A stretch of 64,000 bases of DNA, from contig DFBZ01000018.1 of the NCBI GenBank assembly GCA_002366835.1, positions 12,425 through 76,424 of the forward strand, written 5' to 3'. The notes under the pieces are model-generated. The model was not told where the DNA came from. It ran no database searches and worked only from the letters and a program-made list of their open reading frames with translations. How positions within the stretch are numbered: the first letter of the stretch is position 1; each line of letters starts with the position of its first letter. This DNA comes from Gammaproteobacteria bacterium UBA3067. GTDB taxonomy: Bacteria; Pseudomonadota; Gammaproteobacteria; Pseudomonadales; UBA3067. A program made the position numbers and the translations under genes. This document shows, piece after piece, positions 1-12,500 of the stretch.

Positions 1-297
1 CACCCACAAGAAGCCCCGGCCTGACACAACTTATTAAGAAATTGCGCACCACTGGCGCTTAATCACAGCCTCCAGTATAATGCCATTCGTGTGCATTTTT
101 GCCAATTTCGCCAGTAACAGCCCTGTTACTATAACTTGGTCGCCTTCTAAGAGGCTTATCTCTCCCAAAAGAACGAGACTCAAAGGCTCTTATTTTTAGT
201 TTTTAGCTAGAAGAAGGGGGCGACCAAATATTGCCAGGAAGGCAGCCTACTATTGCTAAACTATAACTATTCACAGCCCACTCGTTGAGGTTCTAGA

Positions 298-1920
298 TTG
301 TCCTTTAAGAAATTTTCATTTCATAATACCGTCTGCACAGCCCTTGATAGCGCTGGCTACCGGCTCTGCACACCGCTTAATGAAACCATGATTCCTCATT
401 ATATGAATAATGAGGATCTTTACATAAGCGCGCCGATTGGATCAGGCAAAACCACCACCAGCCTGATCTGCGCCTTAAACCAAATCATGCTGACCCGCGA
501 TAGCGAGGCCTCTCAACTCAACACACCAAGCGTGATCATTCTCACGCCAACTCGAGAGCAGGCACACCATATTATTCGCACCATTAAAGAAATATGCCGA
601 TTCATTCCCGCTCCTCCCAGCGTTGTGCTGTGCCAAAACCCCTACCGTTTTATTGAAGATGCTCCCGCCTTGCATGTAGACATTTTAGTCACCACACCCG
701 AGAATATCGCAGACAGCATTAAAGAAAAAACGGTTTCTACTGATGGCATAAAGTCCATTATTTACGCAAGCGCGGACCAAGTGTTAGACGCGGGATATTG
801 GCATGAAATGGATCGCATTCAACGAGCACTGCCTAGCGAACACCAGTCAATCATACTCGCCTCCAGCAACCAGGAAGTTGACCTCGACGAAATTTCCCGT
901 TTATTTCAAAACAATCCTTTTCGATTTACCGCAAAAGTAGAAAATAAAGAAGAGCGATTTATCAGTGAACGGGTGTATATTGCAGACGACTTCAAACACA
1001 AAAAAGCGCTTTTAGACTTCCTAGTGCGTGATGGAGAAGTCGACACAGCCTTCGTTATTAGCAATACCACGAGCTGCGCCAGAAATCTCTCTGCTTATTT
1101 GCAGAAAAATGGCCTGCCTAATACCTTGTTGCTCGACGGCGACAAACTGGAAATAGATGCAGATATCTCGGCAAATGAGAGGAAGTACCTTCCACAAATT
1201 TTTATCGGTACGAATAACAACATTCGAACACTGGATAACTGCCGTGCCAGTCATATTATTAACTTTCATTTCCCACCCAGCCCAGAATGTTACTTTTCAA
1301 GACAAAACTATCTCAGTAAAAAAACAAGACACCCAGCGATTATTTCCCTGGTTGGAAAGTCCGAGAATAAAAAACTCAATCTGCTTGAACGCCTTGTGGA
1401 CAAAACTCTTCTCCGCGGAGTAATTCCTGGATTAGAACCAAAGACGACACCGAAGCAAAATAAAAAAGGCCGACACGGGCGTCCCCAGAAGGGAAACAAC
1501 CCATCACAAAAAACCGCGCAACAAAACGAATACAGTGGTTTTATGCGATCCAATACGCGTCGCACCCAAAGCGGAACGGAAAGCAACGGACAAAATAACG
1601 ATATAAAACCTGCTTCAACGCAAGCTCTTCCCCAGAAAAAACATAAACCAAAACAAGCAGTGGGAAATTCTTCCCAAAATATCCAGACAAGAACACCAAA
1701 TTATAATCACTATAAAGCCGATCAGGCTCAAAATTCTTACAACGATCATTACCGCGAAACAAATTACCAGGAAGAATGGCCAGACGAAAAAGAAAAAGCC
1801 CAACCTATCATCAAAGTGCAGCGCAAAATTAAAACAACAGACGAAAATTCAAGTAGCTTAAAACCGACAAGCAAAATATCCCGCATTGCTGGAAAACTCG
1901 GCTTATCGACAAAAAAATAA
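298..1920 (+). CDS. DEAD-box-like RNA helicase homologue with degenerate catalytic motifs and a long low-complexity basic tail
   Basis: 540-aa ORF with a TTG start. Walker A 'APIGSGKTT' and motif Ia 'ILTPTREQA' fit DEAD-box helicases. Motif II reads 'ASAD' (IIYASADQVLDAGY), motif III reads 'ASS', and no HRxGRxGR motif VI is visible. The last ~170 aa are K/Q/N/T/S-rich. Confidence 0.6.
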   Translation: MSFKKFSFHNTVCTALDSAGYRLCTPLNETMIPHYMNNEDLYISAPIGSGKTTTSLICALNQIMLTRDSEASQLNTPSVIILTPTREQAHHIIRTIKEICRFIPAPPSVVLCQNPYRFIEDAPALHVDILVTTPENIADSIKEKTVSTDGIKSIIYASADQVLDAGYWHEMDRIQRALPSEHQSIILASSNQEVDLDEISRLFQNNPFRFTAKVENKEERFISERVYIADDFKHKKALLDFLVRDGEVDTAFVISNTTSCARNLSAYLQKNGLPNTLLLDGDKLEIDADISANERKYLPQIFIGTNNNIRTLDNCRASHIINFHFPPSPECYFSRQNYLSKKTRHPAIISLVGKSENKKLNLLERLVDKTLLRGVIPGLEPKTTPKQNKKGRHGRPQKGNNPSQKTAQQNEYSGFMRSNTRRTQSGTESNGQNNDIKPASTQALPQKKHKPKQAVGNSSQNIQTRTPNYNHYKADQAQNSYNDHYRETNYQEEWPDEKEKAQPIIKVQRKIKTTDENSSSLKPTSKISRIAGKLGLSTKK

Positions 1921-1965
1921 TACCAAGGGGTAAGCCTGATACTCCCCAATAAAGTAGCCAGCAAG

Positions 1966-2715
1966 ATGCCCCAGATACTTAAACCCGGCATGTTTTTGTT
2001 TTTTTTAATCAGCTTAACACTGTCTGCTGAATCAACTGCCTCCCAAAGCAATCAAACCAGCGCTAAACAAGAATGCGTTATCCTCCTTCATGGTTTAGGC
2101 AGAACAAAACTGGCCATGCGCCCCGTACAAAAGGCCCTTGCTCAGGAGGGATATCAGGTTTGGAATGAAAGTTATCCCTCCACCCAAAAAACCATTGAGC
2201 AACTCGCAAATACCACCATCACCAAGGCCTTACAATACTGCCGGTCTTTAGGCAGCAAGCGTATTCATTTTGTGAGTCATTCACTGGGTGGCATCCTGCT
2301 GCGTTACTACCTTCAAAACCAGCACCCCAGAGAACTTGGTCATATCGTCATGTTAAGCCCACCCAATCAAGGCAGTGAAGTGGTGGATTATTTAAAAGAT
2401 AATAAGCTCTTTCAATATTTTTTAGGGCCTGCCGGACAGCAAATCGGTACAGACCAAAGCAGCATCCCCAGTAAACTCAAACCAATCCAGGCGGTTATCG
2501 GCATCATCACCGGAAGCAACTCTTTTGAACCCTGGTTTTCAAACAGAATACCCGGCCCCGATGACGGCAAAGTTTCAACAGAAAGTGCCAAACTTGCCGA
2601 AATGCGCGACTACCTGGTGGTTGAGAACGGGCACACGTTTATCATGAGTGACGCGTATGTGATTGAACAAATTCAACACTTTCTAAAGCATGGAAAGTTT
2701 CTCAGAACACCATAA
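1966..2715 (+). CDS. secreted alpha/beta-fold hydrolase (lipase/esterase-like)
   Basis: N-terminal signal-like hydrophobic segment; 'VILLHGLGRT' oxyanion-type region; nucleophile elbow 'SHSLGG' (GxSxG). Confidence 0.7.
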   Translation: MPQILKPGMFLFFLISLTLSAESTASQSNQTSAKQECVILLHGLGRTKLAMRPVQKALAQEGYQVWNESYPSTQKTIEQLANTTITKALQYCRSLGSKRIHFVSHSLGGILLRYYLQNQHPRELGHIVMLSPPNQGSEVVDYLKDNKLFQYFLGPAGQQIGTDQSSIPSKLKPIQAVIGIITGSNSFEPWFSNRIPGPDDGKVSTESAKLAEMRDYLVVENGHTFIMSDAYVIEQIQHFLKHGKFLRTP

Positions 2716-2760
2716 GCCCATATACTGAGGGTTTCTCCTTCAAGCCAGAGAACAAAATAC

Positions 2761-3999
2761 ATGAAAATCTATCTGGTGGGTGGCGCTGTACGTGACCACC
2801 TTCTCAAGCTGCCTGTCAAAGACCGTGACTGGGTTGTGGTGGGCGCAAGTCCGGAAGAAATGCTGGCGCAACACTTTGTGGCTGTGGGTCGGGATTTTCC
2901 CGTTTTTCTCCACCCCAAAACGAAAGAAGAATACGCCCTTGCCCGCACCGAGCGTAAGTCAGGCAAGGGTTATACGGGCTTTGAATGCTTTAGCTCTGCC
3001 GAGGTCAGCCTTGAGGAAGACCTTTTAAGGCGCGATTTAAGCATCAATGCCATTGCTCAGGATGAACAAGGCAATATTATCGACCCTTACCATGGCCAGC
3101 AGGATCTGCAAACGCGAACCTTACGCCATGTCTCACCTGCATTCCGAGAAGACCCCCTCCGCATTCTACGTGTATCCCGTTTTGCTGCGCGCTTTAGCCA
3201 TTTGGGCTTTCATATCGCCGATGAGACAATGGTGCTGATGAAGCAAATGACGACCGATGACGAACTACAGTATCTCTCTGCTGAACGGGTGTGGAGCGAA
3301 ACCCAACGCGCGCTGTGCACTAAAAACCCCGCCCGTTTTTTTGAAGTGTTGCGAAGCTGCGGCGCATTGGAAAAACTTTTCCCCGAGATAGACTGCCTTT
3401 TTGGCGTTCCACAACCGGAAGCCCATCATCCTGAAATAGATACCGGCCTTCATACTTTAATGAGCCTCACTCAAGCAGCTCAACTCAGCAACTGCCCCAT
3501 TATTCGCTTCGCCGTGCTCACCCACGACCTGGGAAAAGGAAATACACCACCACAAGATTGGCCTCAGCATATTGGCCATGAAGAGCGCAGTGTCGCTTTA
3601 ATTGAGACGCTCGCCCAGCGCTTGCGGGTACCAAAAAACTATAGCAAGCTTGCCAAGCAAGTTGCCCGTTATCATACCCACTGCCACCGTGCATTAAGCC
3701 TAAAACCTGCCACGCTGGTTAAAACACTGGAAAACCTCAATGCCTACCGGCAGCGCGAAAACCTGGATAAATTTCTCATTGCTTGCGAAGCCGATGCCCG
3801 GGGCCGAAGAGGTTTTGAAGAAAGGCCCTACCCCCAGGCCCAGTACTTTGTCGATGCGCTGACTGCGAGTAATCAAATAGATACGCAAGCGCTAATAAAT
3901 GCCGGCTACAGCGGCAAGAAACTCGGTGATGCCATTCACCAGCAACGTGTAGGTGCTGTAAAAAATATGCGAGACAATAATCATGACGCAACAGAATGA
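2761..3999 (+). CDS. cca: CCA-adding tRNA nucleotidyltransferase
   Basis: N-terminus 'MKIYLVGGAVRDHLLKLPVKDRDWVVVG' is the classical class II CCA enzyme head. An HD-type region 'LTHDLGK' is present. 412 aa. Confidence 0.9.
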   Translation: MKIYLVGGAVRDHLLKLPVKDRDWVVVGASPEEMLAQHFVAVGRDFPVFLHPKTKEEYALARTERKSGKGYTGFECFSSAEVSLEEDLLRRDLSINAIAQDEQGNIIDPYHGQQDLQTRTLRHVSPAFREDPLRILRVSRFAARFSHLGFHIADETMVLMKQMTTDDELQYLSAERVWSETQRALCTKNPARFFEVLRSCGALEKLFPEIDCLFGVPQPEAHHPEIDTGLHTLMSLTQAAQLSNCPIIRFAVLTHDLGKGNTPPQDWPQHIGHEERSVALIETLAQRLRVPKNYSKLAKQVARYHTHCHRALSLKPATLVKTLENLNAYRQRENLDKFLIACEADARGRRGFEERPYPQAQYFVDALTASNQIDTQALINAGYSGKKLGDAIHQQRVGAVKNMRDNNHDATE

Positions 4000-4741
4000 C
4001 CATCCGGTCGCACTAGTCACCGGCGGCGCAAAGCGTATCGGCGCTGAAATATGCGCCACCCTGCACCAGCGCGGTTTTAATATTATTCTGCACTATCTCC
4101 ATGCGGAAAAAGAAGCGCGCCAACTGTCGGAGTCACTCAACGCCCAGCGCCCCAAGTCCTGCGTGCTCCATAAGGCGACACTCAATGACCTGAAGGATAT
4201 TGAAGGTCTCGCTCATAACGCGACACAAGCTTGGGGAAAGCTCAATCTACTAGTGAATAACGCGTCCAGCTTTTACCCCACCCCCGTTCTACAGGCCCAA
4301 GAAGCCGACTGGGAAGAGTTGATGTCCAGCAACCTGAAAGGGGCTTTTTTTCTATCACAAAAACTCGTGCCTGCTTTGCAAAAACAACAGGGCTGCATTG
4401 TAAATATTATCGATATTTATGCCCAACACCCGCTGAAGAACCACCCCATTTACTGTATTGCTAAAGCAGGCCTAGTGGCAATGACCCAGTCCCTCGCGCT
4501 GGAACTAGGGCCAGATATTCGTGTAAATGGTGTTTCACCCGGCGCCATTCTTTGGCCGGAAACTGATACGCAGAACGGCAGTAAACAGAGCCAACTTCAG
4601 CAAGAAATTATTCAGCGCACCTGCCTGGAACGCCGAGGGCAACCAAGAGATATAGCCAAGACTGTTGCTTTTCTCGCCCAAGACGCACCCTTTATCAGCG
4701 GGCAAATTATCGCGGTAGATGGGGGCAGACTAACTCGCTGA
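3983..4741 (+). CDS. short-chain dehydrogenase, pteridine/dihydromonapterin reductase-like (FolM/PTR1-like)
   Basis: SDR cofactor motif 'ALVTGGAKRIGAEI', 'NNAS', and 'YCIAK' (YxxxK). Lies next to folK and folB. Confidence 0.65.
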   Translation: MTQQNDHPVALVTGGAKRIGAEICATLHQRGFNIILHYLHAEKEARQLSESLNAQRPKSCVLHKATLNDLKDIEGLAHNATQAWGKLNLLVNNASSFYPTPVLQAQEADWEELMSSNLKGAFFLSQKLVPALQKQQGCIVNIIDIYAQHPLKNHPIYCIAKAGLVAMTQSLALELGPDIRVNGVSPGAILWPETDTQNGSKQSQLQQEIIQRTCLERRGQPRDIAKTVAFLAQDAPFISGQIIAVDGGRLTR

Positions 4742-5248
4742 GGTGCCTAAGTTGCGCCCCCGCCATACAAACGGCACACGCCAAAGGCGCTGCGAGCTCT
4801 GATCGAAGTTCTGCCAAAGTGCCGCATAAGTTTTACCCTCTAGTAGATGGCAGTGATCTGGCGCCAACTCTGCTAAAGGCTTTAACACAAAAGCATTTTG
4901 AAGAATCTCTTCTCGAGGCAAGAGAATACCATCCACCACGCCTTTGCTTTGATCATAACTCAGAATATCCACATCCAGGGTTCGTGCACTAAAACGTGAT
5001 GCTTCCCTATTCCTGTCATTCTCTTCTTCCAACTGTCGCAAGGTTTTCGAAAGCGCGCCCACCGACAAGTAAGTTTTAATCGCCACAACGAGATTATAAA
5101 AGTGATCACCGTCAAAACCCACGGCTTCACTTTCATAAACAGAGGAGCACCTTATATCACCGAACCTTTCGGCCAAACCATCCAAAGCGGCGGTGATATA
5201 ACGCTCCCGGTGAATATTGCTTCCCAGGCTAAGAAAGACCTCTGCCAT
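4730..5248 (-). CDS. folK: 2-amino-4-hydroxy-6-hydroxymethyldihydropteridine pyrophosphokinase (HPPK)
   Basis: 'VFLSLGSNIHRERYI', 'SSVYESEAVG', 'RTLDVDIL' are typical HPPK motifs. The start overlaps the folB stop (TAATG). Confidence 0.85.
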   Translation of the reverse strand: MAEVFLSLGSNIHRERYITAALDGLAERFGDIRCSSVYESEAVGFDGDHFYNLVVAIKTYLSVGALSKTLRQLEEENDRNREASRFSARTLDVDILSYDQSKGVVDGILLPREEILQNAFVLKPLAELAPDHCHLLEGKTYAALWQNFDQSSQRLWRVPFVWRGRNLGTSAS

Positions 5249-5634
5249 TAAGAAGGCTCCCCTTGTTTACGACAATCCCCTTCACGACAACCCCGCTCAA
5301 TTTCCACCCCAACATCTCTTGAACCTTTAACGGCGCCAGGCTTACCCAAACGAAGCCTCACCCAGGGCACACTAAACTCATTCAGAACAATGTCAGCAAT
5401 ACGTTCCGCCAAGGTTTCCACTAACTGAAATTCACTTTTTTCGACATAAGCAATAATCCGTTTGGATACCGCTTTATAATCCAGCGCATCTTCGATGGCA
5501 TCGCTCTGCGCTGCGCGACGAATATCGCAAGCCAATTCCAGATCAATGCTCACCACCTGTTTGATCTCGCGTTCCCAGTCAAAAATACCGATAACGGTTT
5601 GCACTTGTAACTCTCGAATATAAACAATATCCAT
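5248..5634 (-). CDS. folB: dihydroneopterin aldolase
   Basis: 'MDIVYIRELQVQTVIGIFDWEREIKQ' and 'ALDYKAVSKRI' are typical FolB sequences. Located upstream of folK and divergent from plsY. Confidence 0.85.
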   Translation of the reverse strand: MDIVYIRELQVQTVIGIFDWEREIKQVVSIDLELACDIRRAAQSDAIEDALDYKAVSKRIIAYVEKSEFQLVETLAERIADIVLNEFSVPWVRLRLGKPGAVKGSRDVGVEIERGCREGDCRKQGEPS

Positions 5635-5746
5635 ACAACCCCTTCTTCCTTACAACGATTGACCCACAGCGCCCGAATTGTGTTCGCGACGATGAATAGG
5701 GTACTCTAGCCCGCTTAATTCACCCCTATTTTCTTGAGGAATCAAT

Positions 5747-6367
5747 GTGGAACTCCCTTTAACTCTTTCATCTATTGGGCTGTGCATTTTCGCTTATTTG
5801 GTGGGCTCTGTCTCTACCGCAATTCTGGTATGCCGGGTGTTTGCTTATCCAGACCCTCGTAGCGAAGGCTCGAATAACCCCGGCACCACCAATGTATTAC
5901 GCATAGCTGGCAAGGTGCCCGCACTGCTTACCTTGGCTGGCGATATTGCTAAAGGCGTTATTCCTGTACTGATAGGCAGGTGGTTATTAAAAGATGACTA
6001 CATCCTTGCCATGATGGGTTTCTGCGCTTTTCTTGGTCATCTATTCCCTATTTTTTTTAATTTTGAAGGTGGGAAAGGGGTTGCCACCGCACTGGGCGTT
6101 ATTACAACACTCGCTTGGCCGATTGGCCTGGCAGTTATGTTAATTTGGCTTATCGTAGCGGTACTAAGTCGAATATCGTCATTGTCAGCACTGATTAGCT
6201 GGGCACTGGCACCTTTGATTGTCCACTTATACATGGAGCAAATTTTCTATCCCATCCTGGCCATGAGTGTATTTTTGATTTTCAGGCACCACGAAAATAT
6301 TAAAAAACTCGTCACTGGCACAGAAAGTCGAATTGGAGCTAAAAGCAGCCAGGAAAGCACTCCCTAA
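5747..6367 (+). CDS. plsY: glycerol-3-phosphate acyltransferase PlsY
   Basis: GTG start. 'GSNNPGTTNVLR', 'GGKGVAT' and a multi-TM profile. The folB-plsY divergent arrangement is conserved in gammaproteobacteria. Confidence 0.9.
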   Translation: MELPLTLSSIGLCIFAYLVGSVSTAILVCRVFAYPDPRSEGSNNPGTTNVLRIAGKVPALLTLAGDIAKGVIPVLIGRWLLKDDYILAMMGFCAFLGHLFPIFFNFEGGKGVATALGVITTLAWPIGLAVMLIWLIVAVLSRISSLSALISWALAPLIVHLYMEQIFYPILAMSVFLIFRHHENIKKLVTGTESRIGAKSSQESTP

Positions 6368-6501
6368 ATCTGTTTACCCCACAATAAGATAATAATCAGA
6401 CAGTCTCAGGAGTGTTTCAACGCGCACATTTTGGCACTTTTTCACTTGTACTGTCGGCTCACTCTCGGATAACTTAAAGAAAATATTCGAGAAGAAACAA
6501 A

Positions 6502-9500
6502 ATGGATTTCATCTTCAAGAAAAAACTGGGTTCAAGCCTTAACGCCGATATATATACTGCCTACCTCCCTTCGGACGAAAAGACCCTCTATCGCTTTAAA
6601 GTTATTAAACCCCAGTTTTTTGATGCCACACTGCTCGAACACCTCCGCCAACAGCTTTCATACCTCGAACAGCTAGACATTAAAGGGCTTCAGCTCCCAG
6701 AGCTGATTGAAGACACCAACACTGTCATTCTTAAGCAACCCTTCCAAGAACTACCAACATTGGGCGAATACCTTGAAAGTGAGGGAACGCTTAGCCCTGA
6801 GCAAACTCTCCAGCTTGGCATCTCCCTGTGCGAACAGCTGGAAAACCGACATGCGAAAACTTGGGTGCATAAGGGTATCAAGCCTAACAACATCCTTTAC
6901 TCACAAGCCTCCGGCGCCCTTGCCCTTCTTGATGACATAGAAACGCGCACACCCAAACAACTGACTCACCAACCCAACGATCCCGATCACTGCAGAGGAT
7001 CCCTACCCTACCAGTCACCAGAACAATGCAGCCGTATACATATCGAAATAGACCACAGAAGCGACTTTTACTCCCTCGGCTGCGTGCTTTATCGCTGTAT
7101 CGCCGGGCGGCCACCCTTTATTTCAGATCAAGCACTGGAGATTGCCCACTCTCACCTGGCTGAAATACCCCTGGCCCTCGATAAACGTCAGCCCGAATGC
7201 CCTGCATCCCTCAGCAATATCATTACCACCCTACTGGAAAAACAAACCGAGAAACGTTACCAGAGCGCCACAGGGATAAAAAAAGACCTGCTTACCTGCC
7301 AAGACAGACTATCCCTGAATGACACATCCGCGTTTCCCTTAAAAAGGCACGATTTCAGCCAGGAAATTGCGCCACTTTCCATCTTGGTGGGACGCCAGCA
7401 TGAGAAGCAACAGTTGCTCGACCTCTATCAGCAGGTGTGCAATGGCCAGCTTGGTGTCGCCTATATTTCTGGCCTCACGGGCATAGGAAAGTCACGCTTG
7501 GTACAAGAACTGGAAGCCCCCATACTGATGCAACGTGGACTGTTTGCAAGGGGCAAATACAACCAGTTTTCACAGCACCAACCTTATGACACCCTTACCC
7601 AGGCCATTGGAACACTGGTTCGCCAAATGCTCACCGAAACCACCGAGCAACTCGAAACCTGGAGAAGCGAGATTCTGGATGTTCTTGGAATAAACGGCCA
7701 ATTACTCACAGCCGTGATCCCTGAGCTGCTATTGCTGCTTGGCCCTCAACCCGATGTTACGCCACTGCCTCCAACCGAGGCGCGCAATCGCTTTAATAAC
7801 CTATTTTGTCGCTTCCTCAGCTGCCTCGCGCAAAAAAAACATCCGCTCGTTTTATGTGTGGACGACCTGCAATGGTGTGATGATGCAACCCTCGACCTGC
7901 TGGAATTAATCGTTTCCAACCCAGAAGAGCACCCCTATATTCTGCTTATCCTGGCCTTTCGCAGTAATGAAGTGAATGCCCGTCACCGTATCCAGCTCAC
8001 GAAAAAGTTATTAACCAAAAACCAAACAGCCTTTCTGGACTTTGAGTTGCCAGAGCTAGACAAAGTGGCCGTCAACGAAATAACGGCCTATATGCTCAAT
8101 AGCGAACCCTCAGACACTACTGGCATCACCGACGCCATCTACACTACCTCCGGCGGTAACCCGCTTCTAGTGAGTGAAAGCTTGCGCTGGCTTCACCAGA
8201 GAGACGGAATTCATTACGGCGATGATGGCCTATGGCACTGGAAAGACATAGATTTGGCACAGCTGGAACTGCCCGACAGCGCCTTGGCCTTATTTACAGA
8301 AAAACTGTCCCTTCTGCCCCCCAAAGCCCAAAACCTATTAGCCCATGCGGCCCTGCTGGGGGCGCGATTTAAAGCCACGGATTTGGCGGAACTTCTTGAA
8401 ACAAGCCTCAGTGAATTATTGCAGCAGCTTGCCGACGCTTTCTCCCAACGCTTCCTATTAAAAGATAAGTCTGAGCTGTATTTCTTTCACGATCAACTTC
8501 AGATGGCTGCAGCAAAGTTACTCAGTCCCCATGAAGAAAAAAAAATTCACAAAAAAATCTCGCAGTTACTTATCCATCAACTCGGTGAAAACAAAGACTC
8601 GGAACACGTTCATGAACAAGGGAAATTACTTTACGCCATTGCTGGGCACTTAAAAAAGAGTAGGGAAAGAGTTCAGAGTGAAGACAAAAGAGTTGAAGAA
8701 GCATACTTCAACTCTTTAGCCGGCGAGGCCGCTCTGTATGCTCTGGCACATAGCGCAGCGAACTACTATTTTTCCGAAAGTGCAGGCCTTTGCAACATGG
8801 ACGACTGGCTCAAGCGTTACGACTTTATGCTCCGTCTATATAAAAACCGTGCCCGCGCAGCGCTTCTCATCGGAGAACAAGAAAATGCAAATGACATCAT
8901 TAATATCGCATTAAAACAGGCGCAAAATGATTTAGACCGGGCAGACTGCTTACTTGAGCAAACAATTGCCATCGCCTCACTCGGTCAAGTGGAAGAAAGC
9001 ATAATGCTTGGAAAAAAGTGCTGCCTTTTACTAGGACACCCGCTGCCTGATAATGAAGAAGCAATAGCAATGGAGACAGCCAATCACGTTAAAACATTAC
9101 AACGCATAGAATGCATAGCAGAATATCGCAAACTGCAGGCCGCCACAGACCGAAAAATATTAATCGAGCTTGATTTATACACTGAGCTTCTTGCCACGTT
9201 CTATCTTTCTGGGCAGGTGAGTTTATTTTTCCTCGCTAGTATGCGCGCCCTGAAACTTGCGCTGCGATATGGTAAAAGCGACTCCAGCAGTCACCCACTC
9301 GGCGTAGTGGGCACTTATTTTCATTTTCAGCAAGAGTATGCGCTGTCTCACTGCTACGAAACCCAGTTTCTTGAAGAAGCAAAAGAAGCCCCCTATAACT
9401 TTAGCTCTATTCGCGGGATGACCACGGGGCTCTGGTTAACCATGCACCATACACGCTCACTCAGCGAGCTTCAGAAGCTATGCCATACCACTATCCAGCA

Positions 9501-12500
9501 TGGATTGCGTGCCGGCGAACTCAGTTATACCGGTCTGTCCTACATGCCTCTTGTTTGGTATCAGCTAACTAAGGGCGCAGATATTGAAGAGTTGAAGCAT
9601 CAAATCAATGAGGGTTTGGAATATTGTGAAAGATACAACATTTCCCTGCCTTTGGAGATATGCCATGCAATCAAACTGGCGCTAGCCCCCTTGTGGGGAG
9701 AACCCCTGTCCGACCAGCACCACCAGATAGCGACTAAAAAGGTGCTTCAATGGCAAGAAGGACAACACTTTGCGGCCTTGGGCAATTTCTACACCTATCG
9801 CGCCATGCTGTCCTATTATGGCGGCCACTATGAAGAGGCGGAGGCCGACCTAATAAGTGCCCAGGCATTTTTAGAAGCGCTGCCTGGAACACTGATCGAA
9901 CGGCTATGGGTGGTATACCGCTACCTTAGCGGCCTGCAAACGGGAAACAATCCTGATGCCGAAGCACAATTAGAACAAGTCAGCTCATGGGCAAAATATG
10001 GGCCGATTATGAAACCCTATCTAGCCCTGATGAGGGCAGAGGCCACCGCGCTCCGCACCAATAATTTGAATGAATTACGCGAAGTGTATTGGAACGCAAT
10101 AGACCTCCACCATGAGTCTGGTGAGCATTTCCACGAAGCGTACATTTATCAACGCCTCGGCACGGTTCTCGATTCACACAAACACCATAGCAGTAAATTA
10201 TATCTAAACCAGGCTATTTCCCTTTACAAGCAATGTCACGCAGATCTTTTTGTAAACGTGTTAAACCAGCGTTTTCAGCTAACACCACCCATAGCCATAA
10301 ACCGAACAAGGCTTCAAAGCATACCCTCGGAGGAATCATCAGATAAAATTCTGGATAGTACCTTCCTCATTGAAGCCACGCAAAATATCATGAAGGAGCG
10401 TGATTACGACTCCCTCCTGCTTAAAATATTATCCTCCATTATGGCCCGCATCGGGGCCAAAAATGCTTACCTAATCACCCACGAAGATAACAAGCTCACC
10501 GTTCGCGTGCGTGGGCGAAAAAATGCAAGCCTTGAAACCACACGCGTAAACCAAGAAATAAATACAGCGGAAAACCTATGCGTTGAAATTGCCCGCTACA
10601 CCCTGCGCAGCAAGTCCCCAGTGGTACTTAAGAATGCTGCCCACGAGGGAGACTTCTGTCATAGCCGGGCGGTTCAACATTATCAACTTAAATCCGTGCT
10701 TACTCTGCCCCTGATTGCCCAGGAGCGCACCCTCGGCCTGATATATCTTGAAAATGCCCTTATCCCCGGCGTATTCAGTGATGAGCAGGTACTGCTACTT
10801 CAGGCTCTCACTGCCGAAGCCGCTATCGCCCTGGATAACAGCCAACTAATTAGCAGCCTCCAGGAAAGCCAAGACACCCTGATACAGCGAGAGCAAAACC
10901 TCGCCATCACCTTAAATAGCATTGGCGATGGTGTCATCGTCACCGACTCATCCGGAAATATTTCCCGCCTGAACCCCATTGCGGAAAAGCTCACCGGATG
11001 GCCCATTACCGAAGCAAAAGGCAAACCCGTTCGTGAAATTTTCAATATCGTCGATGCCACCACCCGTGAACCCATGTTAAACCCCGTGGACAAGGTACTG
11101 TCTACCGGTGAAATCGTTTACCTCAGCAACCATACAACCCTTATTGCCAAGGATGGACAGGAATACCAAATCGCCGACTCTGCCGCCCCCATACACAACG
11201 GAGACGACAACATCCTGGGAATGATACTGGTATTTAATGACGTAACCGAAGCTTATCGCTTACGCAAAGAAATTGCTGAAAGCCACAATAGGTTACAACA
11301 GGTTATGGGGGACATGCACAGCATGGTCGCCACACTCAGCCCTGAAGGCGCTATCACCTTTGTAAACAAAAAACCGCTCAGCCTGTGCGGACTGAACACT
11401 CAACACGTTCTGAATCAACGTCTGTGGAATAGCTTCTGGTTTAATTACGACAAACACATTCAGCAACAAGTCAAAGACGCCTGCCTTTCTGCTGCAAAAG
11501 GTTTACAGATTAATCAAGACATGAAAATGCAAACCCTTGATGGGCCGATTTGGATCGAATTTGGCTTGCACCCTATCAGGGATGAACAGGGAGCTATCAA
11601 CCTGCTAGTGTGGGAAGGCAGAGATATTTCCAGTCGTAAATTGGCGGAAGAAAAACTCAAGGAGGAACAAGCCTTACAAGCACTCACCTTAGATAATCTC
11701 GCCGACGCGGTGATCATTATTGACCAATCAGGCATCGTCCGACACTTTAACGCCGCGGGTAGAACAATGTTTGGTTACAGCGAGAAAGAAATTATTGGCA
11801 AAAATGTAAGCCTGCTGGTGGAAGAGAAGCATGCCCAGCAGCATGATCGCTATTTAGATAATTATTACAAAACATCACTCCCCGTAATTATCGGCACAGG
11901 AAGAGAAGTCAACGCAAAAAGAAAAAATGGTGAAGTGTTTCCCTTTCACCTGACCGTGGTAGAGCTACCGCAAACGTCCGATGGTCAACGGCGTTTTGTC
12001 GGCTCAGGCCAAGACCTGACAGATAGGAAGCTCCAGCAAGAAATGCTACAACGCAGCCAGAAAATGGATGCCCTGGGGAAACTAACCGGCGGCATTGCGC
12101 ATGACTACAACAACATGCTCGGTGTTATTCTTGGCTATTGTGAACTGTTAGAGCCAACCCTCTCTGAAAACCCCGAACAAAAGAATTTTCTGCAACAGGT
12201 ACAACACGCCGCAGAACGTGGCGCAATGCTCACCCAAAAGCTGCTCTCTTATTCTCGGCAAAAACCCTCTCAATCAGAACCTATCAATGTTAACCAGCTG
12301 CTCATATCCCAGCAAGGAATGCTTGAAAAAACCCTTACTGCTCGCATTCAGCTAAAGTTGGAACTGGATGAAAATATAAAAGCGATCAATGTTAATTTAG
12401 GTGAGTTGGAAGATGCCATTTTGAATATATGCATTAATGCCATGCATGCCATGCCCGATGGAGGACGTATTAGCATCAAAACACGCTCTCAAGAGCTGCT

